From: Macrostomum lignano
Taxonomy: Eukaryota
Length of the DNA stretch: 64,000 bases
Direction of reading: 5' to 3'
Assembly (NCBI GenBank): GCA_002269645.1
Contig: NIVC01001291.1
Span: 186,001 to 250,000 of the forward strand
The notes beneath the pieces are model-generated. The model was not told where the DNA came from and did not search any database. It saw nothing but the letters and a program-made list of their open reading frames with translations. This document shows positions 1 to 14,463 of this stretch, one piece after another; position 1 is the stretch's first letter, and every line of letters begins with the position of its first letter. The position numbers were made by a program, and so were the translations under genes.

Positions 1-1411
1 GCTGACTGAATTTTGGACATTGCGCATGTATGGAGAAGGCTGTGTATTCGAACTTGGGTGCAAGCCTTACTGACAGAAGCCAGCATCTGAAGGACTTTTT
101 GTGATCAAGCTGCTTGAAGTTAATAGCAAAGTGGGTACCACAAAAAATGCCATTATCTATAGCAATGTATGAGGCTTGATTGAGAAGGTCACTTCTAAGA
201 GAGGCTACATAGATATTGACATAAAACTTGGTCTTGATGCCTGATGGAGATGGTGGATTTTTTAATTTGTGCCAGCCTGCTGCTACATTGAGGTGAGAGC
301 CAAGAAAGTCTGTCGACAAAAGACCAGACTTTGTTTGCTAAGTTTGGAGTAAAAAAGCTATTGTTGCTAGTAGCTATGCCAGACATGAGCAAGTGTTACA
401 ATAGTATCAAAGTTCTTTTTCAATATTTGAGCCTCAGAAAGTAATAGTGAGTGAGTGCAGTAACAGCTGACATAAAGATTGCAAACCTCATCTGTGGCCT
501 CCAGTCACATGCATCCAGGCATCCATGCTGCTATTGCAAGGCTCCTGTACCACTGAACACCTGTGGCCCAATGAGAACTATTGGAAGAATATGGTAGATG
601 GCCTTGGACTTCGCCAGCAGCAGCAAAGAGAGAAGCAGTGCAAAGGGTATATACAACTACATTTAGGCCCCTCTGCTTTAGCCTTTAGGCAGAGGATGAA
701 GCTGAGATTCTGATTGTTCTGTCATAGGCGTAGAGAAACATACATAGAATAAAAATTTTAAGAACTCTATCAGAAAAGTTCACTAGGCCTATGTAGGGCT
801 AATGCAAAGGCAATGAATAAGGCCTTTATATTTATAATTTAAACTTTTTTAATTCTTCTTTATTAACTTTTTATATTATTAATATTATTGTCACAAGGTC
901 TAAGCTACTTTGCCCCTACTATATAAACATATTACTCAAGAAAAAATCATGACTATCTCTTTAGTTTACCTAATCAAGGTTAGGGCCTAACTTAAATAAA
1001 ATAATAAGAGTTAAAGGACAACGTACAATCTTTTAAATCTCGAAATACGGCCAGTCATAACAGCTTCATTAGTTCACGAATCCGCGTGCATTTAAAAAAG
1101 TATAACAACGCAGAACCTAGATAGACACCTTTTTCAAATAATATGCCGGCCTTTAGCGGATAGTGGTATTCTTGTGTAATGCATGTTAGCTTTATTGACA
1201 CAATTAGCTAAGAGAAAAATAAAGCAAGAGCCGATCCACAAAATTTTCGATGAGGGAATTAAGTTTACCAAAAATCAAAATACAAACAGGAAGTTGGCAC
1301 GGCAATTTTTTACAGGAATAGCTCACCGCTATTTAAAATTAATAGTATTAATATTTTCTATGATAAGCATGAGATCAAACACTCCAGACCGCGGATTTAT
1401 AAATATAAAAT

Positions 1412-1676
1412 GAGGGGGTTGATTTTAACCATAGTTTAGGGCGCGCCATAATATACACGAGAGGAATGCCATAATATAGACGAGAGGGGCGCCACCATAA
1501 TATAGATTGTATCTAGACGAGACGGACGCCATTATACACTAGAGGGGCGCCACACTGAGCAAAATTAGGGTGGTTGCAGAGGGCCTTTTTTAGTCCAAAG
1601 GAAAAGGGGCGCCAACGCGCCATCATCGCCAGCCACTGGGGTGTGGTGGCGGTTTGCCCCCTTAAACCCGCCCCTG
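1412..1676 (-). mobile_element. possible end of a non-autonomous DNA element with short degenerate internal repeats
   Basis: Minus strand begins CAGGGGCGGGTTTAAGGGGGC (at 1676), a common terminus type of invertebrate non-autonomous elements. About 4 degenerate copies of ataatatagacgagaggggcgcc lie at 1447-1551. No partner TIR or TSD found. Confidence 0.25.
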
Positions 1677-2676
1677 ATTCTATCTCTATTAATCTACATA
1701 TGTATCTCTCTCTGCAGTCTCTCGGAGAGTAAGTTTGAAAAGTTTTCGTGCAACATTTGATTGATTGTTGTATAATTGGTTATACAACAGACAGACCCTA
1801 GCCCTATTAAATTCATGTATGCATCTCCAAATCGCCTGAAGGTCTGATAGGAAGATGCTTATGCGCCCAAAGCTACGATGAGTATCAGGATTCACATCAC
1901 ACCGACGCTCCCACCAAGCCAAACAGTCAGACCTTGTTGCTGCCGGACAAGGTACAAGGTCCGCCGGACAAGGTGGAGGTAAGCTCGTACATTACATATA
2001 CTTTATACTAGAATTACGGCCATCAAATGTCTTTCTCTTCTGCGCCTTAATTGTCAGTACGTGTCACACATTTTGAACACATGTAAGAAGCTTCATTTGG
2101 CTATTTCAATAAAAACTTCTTGCTGGCCTCTTTGCTTATACCAATTCAAATCGAAAGCATCTACATATGCGTAGGCAATAAAGACTGCGTATTTTCTGTA
2201 TGACCAATTATTCAATATATTTGCATGCAGTACACTGCAAGTTGTGTGTATGTACAGTTTTCTGAATTTCTTGGGTAGTCAGCCCGGAAAGTAACCAAAG
2301 ATGCACAATAAAAATCGTTCCCTGGCTACCGTTGCACCCCATGCAGTCTTTTTGATGAAGCCCTGATTGCTAACAAAAATCCTTGAATTCATTCAATCAA
2401 AGTAGCGTATTTGTCTCTTGCATGCTCTTACGAGCGTAAAAGTACGAGCTTACGTTGATATTCTAGCGATAAAAACGAAGGCAATTAATTTTATTTTGGG
2501 GCATGGAGAAATATATAGTCACGGACTTAGAAGTCGCGCTTATTTTTACCTTAAATCTTCAAGATCAAACAAATATTAATTAATAGAAAGCAAAGTATCA
2601 AATGAGAGACAGATTTAGTCTTATTGTAATTGTATAGGCTCGACTCAGTGAAAAGAGGAGCGTCCAGCCAGTCAGC

Positions 2677-4350
2677 TCACACGGGCACATTCTCTCGACT
2701 GGCCCACGTTCGCATCGCCTTGATGATGTACTCAGTCTGAGGATTGCTAGTGTTGCGTAATATCTGCAGCACCTCGCGTATCCGCTCCTTGGACTCCTTG
2801 CCAGCTAGGATCATCTGGAAGACGCCGACGCAGGCGCCTCGCTTGCCCTCCCAGTACTCCGGGTTCGGGTCCAGCCGCTCAAGAACGTCGAACGCCTTGG
2901 CAGCGTAGTAGAACTGACCCATGCGGTAGCAGTCGTTGGCGATTAGCTGAAGAAGACTAAACGACTCAGTGGAGGTCTCCATCTTCAGGTAGAGCTCCCA
3001 AGCCAGCCGGGCCTTCTGGTTCATGATGTAGCAGCGAGCCAGCCAGCTCAGGTACACGTAGTCCTGACGAAGGCGCTCGTTCTGAATCAGAAGGAAAATT
3101 TCCTCAGCCTCCTTGAAGTGTCCGACCGAAGCCTTGGCTTGAGCATAGTTAAAATTGAAGGTGTCGTCGTTGTAGAAGTAGCTCTTGATGGAGTTCAGGT
3201 AGATAAGAACGTCATCGAACTGGCGCAGCAGGAAGAAGCAGCTGGACATGCACTGCCTGCCCGGAATCGTGTCGCACTCAGAGGCTGAGCCTCCAACGAG
3301 CTGAAAGTATTGCTGAGCAATCTTCAAGTGCTCTCGAGATCCCTGCTCCTGGCCCAGGGCTGCGTTCACCACGCCCTTGAGGGTGTACTCATTCGGCGAT
3401 GTCGGGTCCACGTCTTTCATCAGCTCGTACGCGTTTTGAATGTCGTCCTGGCGCAGGTAGAAGATCACCAGGTTGAGCCTCGCTTCCGGCAGCGCGTCAA
3501 TCAGCGGCGGCAGCACCTGCAGTGCGCCTTCGCCGCCGCGGAACACAACCAGGTTGTGCTTAATGAGATCTCGAGCATACGCGAAATTCGGCGAGGCAAT
3601 CTCCTGCAGCTGTTTGAGCTCCGCCTCGGCGCCTTTGCCATTGTACAGCCTGAAATGGTTGCAGGCTTTCAAGTTGATGGCGGTGACGCTGTCAGGATAG
3701 TGCTGCAGGTACACTGCCAGCACCTCCTGGCTAACGTCGTAGTAATCAAGCTTGTAGTAGCACAGGGCCACGTAGACATTCAGCGCCAGGTAGTCCCTGT
3801 TGTCCAGCAGGATGCGCTTGTAGATGTCGATGGCCTCCTGGTAGTGGTTGCGCAGGTAATGAATTGAGGCCAGGCACAGCTGGTCCTCCTCCTTGTCCTG
3901 CAGCTGCTGGTGGTAGCCCATCAGTCGGGCCTCGTTGCCGAACTTGTGCGACACGTGAAACAGCAGCCGGTTCTGCAGGCGGCTCTTCGGCCCCTTCTGC
4001 GCCGCCTCGTCGGCCTCTTTGTACATGCCGAGCATGAAGTAGCAGCAGCCGAGGAACACCCACACGTTCGGGTTGCAGTTCTTTTTCTTAGTCATCTTTT
4101 CGTACTCCTCGGCGGCTCGCTTGTAATCGCCGAGGTGAAACGCGCAGTAAGCAATCCAAGAGTCCTGCTCCTCCGTGCTCTTCTTCTTGTCCTCGCTGGA
4201 GTTCCGCTCGAACTCCAGCAGCGTGATTGCGCCGGTGAAGTCGCGATTGTCCAGAAATTGATCCAGCTTCGGCGGCTCCTTCTTGGCCGCCTCCACTCGG
4301 CCAGCACCGGCCGCCTGCTGCGTTGCCGGCTTCGCTCGCTGAAGCAGCAT
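2677..4350 (-). CDS. IFT56: intraflagellar transport protein 56 (TTC26/DYF-13), TPR-repeat IFT-B subunit, 557 aa, intronless
   Basis: Full-length recognisable match to TTC26: [79 protein letters not shown]. Single open frame from ATG to stop. AATAAA on the minus strand at 2490-2495. Confidence 0.97.
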   Translation of the reverse strand: MLLQRAKPATQQAAGAGRVEAAKKEPPKLDQFLDNRDFTGAITLLEFERNSSEDKKKSTEEQDSWIAYCAFHLGDYKRAAEEYEKMTKKKNCNPNVWVFLGCCYFMLGMYKEADEAAQKGPKSRLQNRLLFHVSHKFGNEARLMGYHQQLQDKEEDQLCLASIHYLRNHYQEAIDIYKRILLDNRDYLALNVYVALCYYKLDYYDVSQEVLAVYLQHYPDSVTAINLKACNHFRLYNGKGAEAELKQLQEIASPNFAYARDLIKHNLVVFRGGEGALQVLPPLIDALPEARLNLVIFYLRQDDIQNAYELMKDVDPTSPNEYTLKGVVNAALGQEQGSREHLKIAQQYFQLVGGSASECDTIPGRQCMSSCFFLLRQFDDVLIYLNSIKSYFYNDDTFNFNYAQAKASVGHFKEAEEIFLLIQNERLRQDYVYLSWLARCYIMNQKARLAWELYLKMETSTESFSLLQLIANDCYRMGQFYYAAKAFDVLERLDPNPEYWEGKRGACVGVFQMILAGKESKERIREVLQILRNTSNPQTEYIIKAMRTWASRENVPV

Positions 4351-4732
4351 CTGCTTGTTGTTAAGGACCTGTGCTTGAGAAACTTTCGTTAGGGTCTCAG
4401 CTCTGCAGAGAAGTTTGGAACGTCACCGCGTTTTTGCTGCTGGAATGCCAATTTGAATTCGCGCCGCGCAGAGAGGGGGTGAGAGCTTTGGATTGAGCAA
4501 AGCTTGTCTCGGAGTTGAGGTGGCGGGGCTGGGTCGCGGGGGCTTCCTCGGGCCTCCGGGGGGAGAGGGGTAAGAGAATTTACCTGGCCTGCCTCTCTCT
4601 CCCCAGCCGCTCATCTCATTGCACTCGGCGCAGCCCCCTGCCCTCCTGTCCCGCCCGGCCAACTGCGGACGCGAGTGCAGAGTGGCTGTGCGGGACAGAA
4701 GGGCGCGAAAGAAACAAACTAGCGTTCATTGC

Positions 4733-4747
4733 GTTGCTATTGGCAAC
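4733..4747. promoter_or_regulatory. RFX X-box upstream of IFT56
   Basis: GTTGCT-ATT-GGCAAC matches the X-box consensus GTNRCY(N0-3)RGYAAC, ~385 bp upstream of the ATG of a core ciliary gene. Confidence 0.7.
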
Positions 4748-5050
4748 GAGAATGCACAGGTACTACTGTTGTACGAAGCTAAATAAGGCCGTACACTGCG
4801 CACTTAAATGAGTATTTCTGCTCTAGCAGCTAGCGGTAGGTGTACGCTATAGTTTTCGGACTGATTTTTATCGCCTTATTAAAAAATCTTCCATAAAATC
4901 ATTTTATCCTTATATTCCTATCATTTTTCAGACTACCCATACTACTTTCAAGAATATGCAGTGAAAACGCTGCTGGCTGCATGGAAGGCAAAAATTTAAG
5001 ACAATAGTCTTAGGCATTTTGTATACGTGACATCGATTCTTTAGACTGCA

Positions 5051-8000
5051 GACGCTGACACTGACATCACTGACACTGGCATCACTGACACTGGCATCAC
5101 TCACACTGAAATCACTGACACTGAAACTGACATCGCTGACACTGACACTGACATCACTGACACTGGCATCACTCACACTGAAATCACTGACACTGAAATC
5201 ACTGACACTGACATCACTGACACTGGCATCACTGACACTGGCATCACTCACACTGAAATCACTGACACTGACACTGACATCACTGACACTGGCATCACTG
5301 ACACTGGCATCACTCACACTGAAATCACTGACACTGAAACTGACATCGCTGACACTGACACTGACATCACTGACACTGGCATCACTCACACTGACATCAC
5401 TGACACTGAAATCACTGACACTGACATCACTGACACTGGCATCACTGACACTGGCATCACTCACACTGAAATCACTGACACTGAAACTGACATCGCTGAC
5501 ACTGACACTGACATCACTGACACTGGCATCACTCACACTGAAATCACTGACACTGAAATCACTGACACTGGCATCACTCACACTGAAATCACTGACACTG
5601 AAACTGACATCGCTGACACTGACACTGACATCACTGACACTGGCATCACTCACACTGAAATCACTGACACTGAAATCACTGACACTGAAATCACTGACAC
5701 TGACATCACTGACACTGGCATCACTCACACTGAAATCACTGACACTCTGACATCACTGAAAATGACATCGCTGACACTGACATCATTCACACTGAAATCA
5801 CTGACACTGACACTGACATCACTGACAATGACATCACTGACACTGACATCACTGACACTGAAATCACTGACACTGACACTGACATCACTGACAATGACAT
5901 CACTGACACTGACATCACTGACACTGAAATCACTGACACTGACACTGACATCACTGACACTGACACTGACATCACTGACAATGACATCACTGACACTGAC
6001 ATCACTGACACTGAAATCACTGACAATGACACTGACATCACTGATAATGACAACACTGACACTGACATCACTGACAATGACATCACTGACACTGACATCG
6101 CTGACACTGACATCACTGACACTGACATCGCTGACACTGACACTGACATCACTGACACTGACACTGACATCGCTGACACTGACACTGACATCACTGACAC
6201 TGACACTGACATCGCTGACACTGACACTGACATCACTGACACTGACACTGACATCACTGACACTGACATCACTGACACTGACATCACTGACACTGACATC
6301 ACTGACACTGACATCACTGACACTGACACTGACATCACTGACACTGACACTGACATCACTGACACTGGCATCACTCACACTGAAATCACTGACACTGAAA
6401 TCACTGACACTGACATCACTGACACTGGCATCACTCACACTGAAATCACTGACACTCTGACATCACTGAAAATGACATCGCTGACACTGACATCATTCAC
6501 ACTGAAATCACTGACACTGACACTGACATCACTGACAATGACATCACTGACACTGACATCACTGACACTGAAATCACTGACACTGACACTGACATCACTG
6601 ACAATGACATCACTGACACTGACATCACTGACACTGAAATCACTGACACTGACACTGACATCACTGACAATGACATCACTGACACTGACATCACTGACAC
6701 TGAAATCACTGACAATGACACTGACATCACTGATAATGACATCACTGACACTGACATCACTGACAATGACATCACTGACACTGACATCGCTGACACTGAC
6801 ATCACTGACACTGACATCGCTGACACTGACACTGACATCACTGACACTGACACTGACATCGCTGACACTGACACTGACATCACTGACACTGACACTGACA
6901 TCACTGACACTGACATCACTGACACTGACATCACTGACACTGACATCACTGACACTGACATCACTGACACTGACACTGACATCACTGACACTGACACTGA
7001 CATCATTGACACTGACATCGCTGACACTGACATCACTGACACTGACACTGACATCGCTGACACTGACATCACTGACACTGACATCGCTGACACTGACACT
7101 GACATCACTGACACTGACACTGACATCGCTGACACTGACACTGACATCGCTGACACTGACACTGACATCGCTGACACTGACATCACTGACACTGACATCG
7201 CTGACACTGACACTGACATCACTGACACTGACATCGCTGACACTGACACTGACATCACTGACACTGACACTGACATCGCTGACACTGACACTGACATCAC
7301 TGACACTGACACTGACATCACTGACACTGACATCACTGACACTGACACTGACATCACTGACACTAACACTGACATCACTGACACTGGCATCACTGACACT
7401 GACACTGACATCACTAACACTGACATCACTGACACTGAAATCACTAACACTGACATCACTGACACTGGCATCACTGACACTGACACTGACATCACTGACA
7501 CTGACACTGACATCACTGACACTGACATCACTGACACTGACATCACTAACACTGACATCACTGACACTGACACTGACATCACTGACACTGACATCACTGA
7601 CACTGACATCACTAACACTGACATCACTGACACTGACATCACTGACACTGGCATCACTAACACTGACATCACTGACACTGAAATCACTGACACTGACACT
7701 GACATCACTAACACTGACATCACTGACACTGGCATCACTGACACTGACACTGACATCACTGACACTGACACTGACATCACTGACACTGACATCACTGACA
7801 CTGACATCACTGACACTGGCATCACTAACACTGACATCACTGACACTGACACTGACATCACTGACACTGACATCACTGACACTGACATCACTGACACTGA
7901 CATCACTGACACTGACATCACTGACACTGACATCACTGACACTGACACTGACATCACTGACACTGACACTGACATCATTGACACTGACATCGCTGACACT

Positions 8001-11000
8001 GACATCACTGACACTGACACTGACATCGCTGACACTGACATCACTGACACTGACATCGCTGACACTGACACTGACATCACTGACACTGACACTGACATCG
8101 CTGACACTGACACTGACATCGCTGACACTGACACTGACATCGCTGACACTGACATCACTGACACTGACATCGCTGACACTGACACTGACATCACTGACAC
8201 TGACATCGCTGACACTGACACTGACATCACTGACACTGACACTGACATCGCTGACACTGACACTGACATCACTGACACTGACACTGACATCACTGACACT
8301 GACATCACTGACACTGACACTGACATCACTGACACTAACACTGACATCACTGACACTGGCATCACTGACACTGACACTGACATCACTAACACTGACATCA
8401 CTGACACTGAAATCACTAACACTGACATCACTGACACTGGCATCACTGACACTGACACTGACATCACTGACACTGACACTGACATCACTGACACTGACAT
8501 CACTGACACTGACATCACTAACACTGACATCACTGACACTGACACTGACATCACTGACACTGACATCACTGACACTGACATCACTAACACTGACATCACT
8601 GACACTGACATCACTGACACTGGCATCACTAACACTGACATCACTGACACTGAAATCACTGACACTGACACTGACATCACTAACACTGACATCACTGACA
8701 CTGGCATCACTGACACTGACACTGACATCACTGACACTGACACTGACATCACTGACACTGACATCACTGACACTGACATCACTGACACTGGCATCACTAA
8801 CACTGACATCACTGACACTGACACTGACATCACTGACACTGACATCACTGACACTGACATCACTGACACTGACATCACTGACACTGACATCACTGACACT
8901 GACACTGACATCACTGACACTGACACTGACATCATTGACACTGACATCGCTGACACTGACATCACTGACACTGACACTGACATCGCTGACACTGACATCA
9001 CTGACACTGACATCGCTGACACTGACACTGACATCACTGACACTGACACTGACATCGCTGACACTGACACTGACATCGCTGACACTGACACTGACATCGC
9101 TGACACTGACATCACTGACACTGACATCGCTGACACTGACACTGACATCACTGACACTGACATCGCTGACACTGACACTGACATCACTGACACTGACACT
9201 GACATCGCTGACACTGACACTGACATCACTGACACTGACACTGACATCACTGACACTGACATCACTGACACTGACATCACTGACACTGACATCGCTGACA
9301 CTGACATCACTGACACTGACATCGCTGACACTGACATCACTGACACTGACATCGCTGACACTGACACTGACATCACTGACACTAACACTGACATCGCTGA
9401 CACTGACACTGACATCACTGACACTGACACTGACATCGCTGACACTGACATCACTGACACTGACATCGCTGACACTGACACTGACATCACTGACACTGAC
9501 ACTGACATCGCTGACACTGACACTGACATCGCTGACACTGACACTGACATCGCTGACACTGACACTGAAATCGCTGACACTGACATCACTGACATCACTG
9601 ACAATGACATCACTGACACTGAAATCACTGACATTGACACTGACATCACTGACACTGACACTAACATCGCTGACACTGACATCACTGACAATGACATCAC
9701 TGACACTGACACTGACATCACTGACACTGACACTGACATCACTGACACTGACACTGACATCGCTGACACTGACACTGACATCGCTGACACTGACACTGAC
9801 ATCACTGACACTGACACTGACATCGCTGACACTGACACTGACATCGCTGACACTGACATCACTGACACTGACACTGACATCGCTGACACTGACACTGACA
9901 TCGCTGACACTGACTCTGACGTCACTGACACTGACACTGACATCACTGACACTGACATCACTGACACTGACACTGACATCGCTGACACTGACACTGACAT
10001 CACTGACACTGACACTGACATCGCTGACACTGACATCACTGACAATGACATCACTGACACTGACACTGACATCACTGACACTGACACTGACATCACTGAC
10101 ACTGACACTGACATCGCTGACACTGACACTGACATCGCTGACACTGACACTGACATCACTGACACTGACACTGACATCGCTGACACTGACACTGACATCG
10201 CTGACACTGACACTGACATCACTGACACTGACACTGACATCGCTGACACTGACACTGACATCACTGACACTGACACTGACATCACTGACACTGACACTGA
10301 CATCACTGACACTGACATCACTGACACTGACACTGACATCGCTGACACTGACACTGACATCACTGACACTGACACTGACATCGCTGACACTGACACTGAC
10401 ATCACTGACAATGACATCACTGACACTGACATCACTAACACTGACATCACTGACACTGACATCACTGACACTGACATCACTGACACTGGCATCACTAACA
10501 CTGACATCACTGACACTGACATCACTGACACTGGCATCACTAACACTGACATCACTGACACTGACACTGACATCACTAACACTGACATCACTGACACTGA
10601 CACTGACATCACTAACACTGACATCACTGACACTGAAATCACTGACATTGACACTGGCATCACTAACACTGACATCACTGACACTGGCATCACTGACACT
10701 GACATCGCTGACACTGACATCACTGACACTGGCATCACTGACACTGACACTGACATCACTAACACTGACATCACTGACACTGAAATCACTAACACTGACA
10801 TCACTGACACTGGCATCACTGACACTGACACTGACATCACTGACACTGACACTGACATCACTGACACTGACATCACTGACACTGACATCACTAACACTGA
10901 CATCACTGACACTGACACTGACATCACTGACACTGACATCACTGACACTGACATCACTAACACTGACATCACTGACACTGACATCACTGACACTGGCATC

Positions 11001-11228
11001 ACTAACACTGACATCACTGACACTGAAATCACTGACACTGACACTGACATCACTAACACTGACATCACTGACACTGGCATCACTGACACTGACACTGACA
11101 TCACTGACACTGACACTGACATCACTGACACTGACATCACTGACACTGACATCGCTGACACTGGCATCACTAACACTGACATCACTGACACTGACATCAC
11201 TGACACTGACACTGACATCACTGACACT
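5051..11228. repeat. ~6.2-kb minisatellite of 6/9/15-bp units (CTGACA / CTGACATCA) with higher-order duplications
   Basis: Continuous (ctgaca)n(tca) array. Rare variants recur at 5745/6455 (710 bp apart) and at 7004/7976/8933 (972 and 957 bp apart). Source of the SVSD, LTLTS and MSVSV pseudo-ORFs. Confidence 0.95.
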
Positions 11229-11710
11229 AGCAATCTCGGGCAAGAAGAATGCGTTAGAAAAAAATGTGAACAAAACAAAAATTTACGTGCAGTAGCTTCA
11301 ACTGGATGCACTTAAGTTGCGCATGAATTCAGACTGGAGTTAAACAAATGAAGCAGTTCAACTGAGCCCCAACTGATATTTTATATCAGCTGACTCTGTC
11401 CCTGCGCCCACAAAAATGTGTGTCTTTTTGAAAAGAAACAGTTGGCAGTTTGCCAAACCCCAGCAGCTGAAAGTTTAGCTCAGAATTTATTGCCCAATTT
11501 TGAGCCGCCGGGGGGATTAGGCATGCACTGTATACTATGGCAAAGCCACTGACTGCTGCATGCTAGTTGTACATCAGCGTCATGCGCTCAATGCAGGGTG
11601 CACTTCTTCCTGTCGAGCGTCGAGTTCCAATCGAATCGATCTACAGGAATTGGGGAGTCGCGCAAGTTCCTGTCCTGACCTGCGGAGGAGAAATGCTATC
11701 ATAAACTCAT

Positions 11711-12122
11711 TGGCGCAAAAATGGACTCATTAGTGCCGAAATGGAACCAATGGTGCTAAAATAGACTAAATGGCGCCAAAGCAGATCAATGGCGCTAAAA
11801 TAGATCCAATGGTGCCAAAATTGATCCAATGGCGCCAAAAAAGATTCAATGACGCCAAAATAGAACCAATGACGCCAAAATAGGCCCAGTGGCGCCAAAG
11901 TACATCCAATGGCGCCAAAGAAGACCCAAAAGCGCCAAAACGGACCCAAGGGCGCCAAAATAGATTCTATGGCGCCAAAATAGATCCAATGGCGCTAAAA
12001 TAGGCCCAGTGGCGCCAAAATACATCCAATGGCGCCAAAGAAGACCCAAAAGCGCCAAAATAGGCCAATGGCGACAAAATAGATCCAAAGGCGCCAAAGC
12101 AGATGAATGGCGCCAAAATAGG
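11711..12122. repeat. degenerate 20-bp minisatellite (tggcgccaaaatagatccaa)
   Basis: About 20 diverged tandem copies visible in the sequence. Confidence 0.9.
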
Positions 12123-12529
12123 CTTAACAAACGTAGCCGAGAACCCCAGTTTCAAACACTCCCACCCCCTGTTATCACACTTGGCAGTAAATCATGCAAT
12201 CTGCTTCCTATTTATCCACTGTCAGTTTTGCCGCCAGAGTCCAAAGCCGCTAAGACGGAATTTCCCAGAAAAGAATGATTTCGGATAATCGGCTTTCTAT
12301 CCGACTTGCAGCGAGCAAGCGAGTAGATTCAGTGGAGACAGCCGTCTGGCTGTGCCAAAGCGGCATAGTGGAAAGAAGGACCGCTTAAGAATCTATAATG
12401 CAGGGCGAGAGAGGGAGAGAGAAATCAAACGGAGCACATAAAAAAGCAGAGAGATTGAGAAGAAGGCAGAGGCGGCGCTGCCAGATGAAATGCCAGTTAA
12501 TCATTCGCCGTCACCCACCACTTGGCTGG

Positions 12530-12900
12530 GGTTGGAGGCAGTAATTTATCACGCGATGCCAGGAAAGCTCTGGGGCTCTCTGCTTTCTCACTCCTTCATG
12601 AGCTTTGGGATTTTATTCCCCCCCACACACACACACACAGATTGGTGGCAGCCGGGCATCCGGATACACAGCAGAGGGGCGTCGCCATCCATTCCGCCAA
12701 CCCCTGGCGACCGCGGGCAGCTGCGGTGTCGCTCAGGGAGATCCGGTGCCCCTCCGGAGAGTCCAGGAGGTGGATGGTCGCTCACCGGTAGCCCTTAGGT
12801 AGCGGACGAGCTAGCAGGGGTTCTTGGGCCTGAAAACCTCGGAGAGGTCCGGGTTGGGCCGAGGTAGGTGAGTCTGTCCTGAGTAAAGGCGGGGCATTCA
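12530..12900 (+). pseudogene. possible decayed non-LTR retrotransposon reverse-transcriptase fragment
   Basis: Motif-like pieces in RT order across shifted frames: GKLWGSLLSHS, CGVAQGDPVP (cf. GVxQGDPLSP), VADELAG (cf. xADDL). No intact ORF. Confidence 0.25.
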
Positions 12901-13276
12901 CAGATAAAGTGCTCGCATTCTCAACACCGGAGAGGCAGAATTACGCATTCCTCGCTACCGGATTTTTCCCTAGAGGTAGCGATACCAAAAACACCCATGA
13001 CCTGAGAAGACCATGGCTCTGACATCGGTGCGGGGGGTGGCTGCCACGAGCAGGGGACCCGAGCATGCGAGTAACGGAGCTGGAGCAGTAAAGGATCATT
13101 GCGCTGCTGTTGTGTGTTGAGAGGCGATTGGTTGTGGCTTTCCCCAATCGCCCCTCCATCTCGCCCTGAGCGCCCCTCCCCCCCGATTGACATAGATGAT
13201 TCTCCCTTGGTTGTAGCGGATCGGGAAGAGAGGGATGTGAATGGGGACAGGACAGGCTTTGCGATGGGAGCGGACG

Positions 13277-13278
<2 letters not shown>

Positions 13279-13323
<45 letters not shown>
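13279..13323. repeat. (GA)n microsatellite, ~22 units
   Basis: Pure GA run. Confidence 0.95.
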
Positions 13324-13325
<2 letters not shown>

Positions 13326-14463
13326 GAGCGGACGGAGGGCTATGGTATTGGGAGGGGCGAATTGTGAATCAGCCTGCAGCCGCTCTCTCCCCTTCATCCT
13401 CTCCCCCTGACGTCTCCCTCCCCAGCGTACAAATACCAGCCGCTTGCTCTGCATGACTATAAAGTGTGCAAGCCAGCCGGGATGCAAGCCAAAGGCCCTC
13501 TCATTCGCTTATAAACCTGGCCCTTCCCATCCCGACTATAACATTGCGCCCTTTCGCTTCCATAGCATCGAGATCCCCATAAATTTGCGTCGCGGCCGAG
13601 CCTCGAAGGAATTTTTCCTTCCCAAACCATCTGCAGTTTCCTGTTCGAGGCTTATAAAAGTGTGTCTGTCCTGCAGGCCCGCGTCTTGTTGTGCCCGTCT
13701 GCCTGCCAGAGAGCAGCTGAGCCCAACCTGGGATAGCATTCATTATTAACACTAGTCTGCGCGCAGTTGGAGACAGACCGACTTCGGAATCCATCGCTGA
13801 GTCGGGTAAGTGCAGCGTCGTGTCTACTCGGTACTTTTGCCAGCAATTGGCGTGATATTTTGATGAGTTTGCCGTGCCTGTCAAAAAATCAGCCAGTTTG
13901 CTAATTGCTATGCCATCCTCATATCTAAGCGTCATGTTTAAGCTGACCCGCAGTGCTCAGCACTTGACACTGTACTCTGCTCAGGACAATACAGACTTGA
14001 AATCTGGGTATAGAAATAAAAAATCAATTCAATATGTCGAGAGCTTTGCTATCTTTCTATAGTCCACTCCGAGCCCAACAGTGTCTAGCGGCGCGGCCTA
14101 TCGCAGCTAATCCTCGTAAATCTCCTATCGCAGCTAATCCGGGAACATTTTCGGCAGAAAAGAATGCAATTTTTATAATTCCACTGCGGCAGAAAACGGC
14201 CGCGACAAAAGCTTGCGGTTTCGGCCAGCAATGGACCACCCTCGGATATCTACCCAGTCTATCCCGCCCTTATCTTTTTCTGTCAGGCTTTGCGGGAGAA
14301 AAAACCGAGGAACAAAAAGAGAGAATAAAATCCGCTAGCAAATCCTCTTCACTTTGTTCTAAAGAAACACTGGCACTGCTCGTCTCCATGGCTACAGCAA
14401 TGGATGAATGACTTATGCAATAGCTGCTCTGAGAACCTTAGCTGACTCTGCTGCTGTAGTGCG

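Noticed and set aside
1-720. Possible P-element/THAP9-like transposase remnant on the minus strand (…TQVRIHS…)
   Set aside because: Only a vague C-terminal resemblance across frameshifts, with no catalytic motifs recognisable.
3310-4392. Overlapping antisense and shifted ORFs over IFT56, and similar ones over the TRPV and SCHIP1 exons (e.g. 26618-27388, 38228-38767)
   Set aside because: Shadow ORFs caused by GC3-rich codon usage of the real genes.
4928-11311. 1600-aa SVSD/LTLTS/MSVSV ORFs as genuine proteins
   Set aside because: They are open in several overlapping frames purely because the repeat units are multiples of 3. Not called as CDS.
14382-14395. X-box-like GTCTCCATGGCTAC
   Set aside because: Mismatch in the second half-site and no adjacent identifiable gene.
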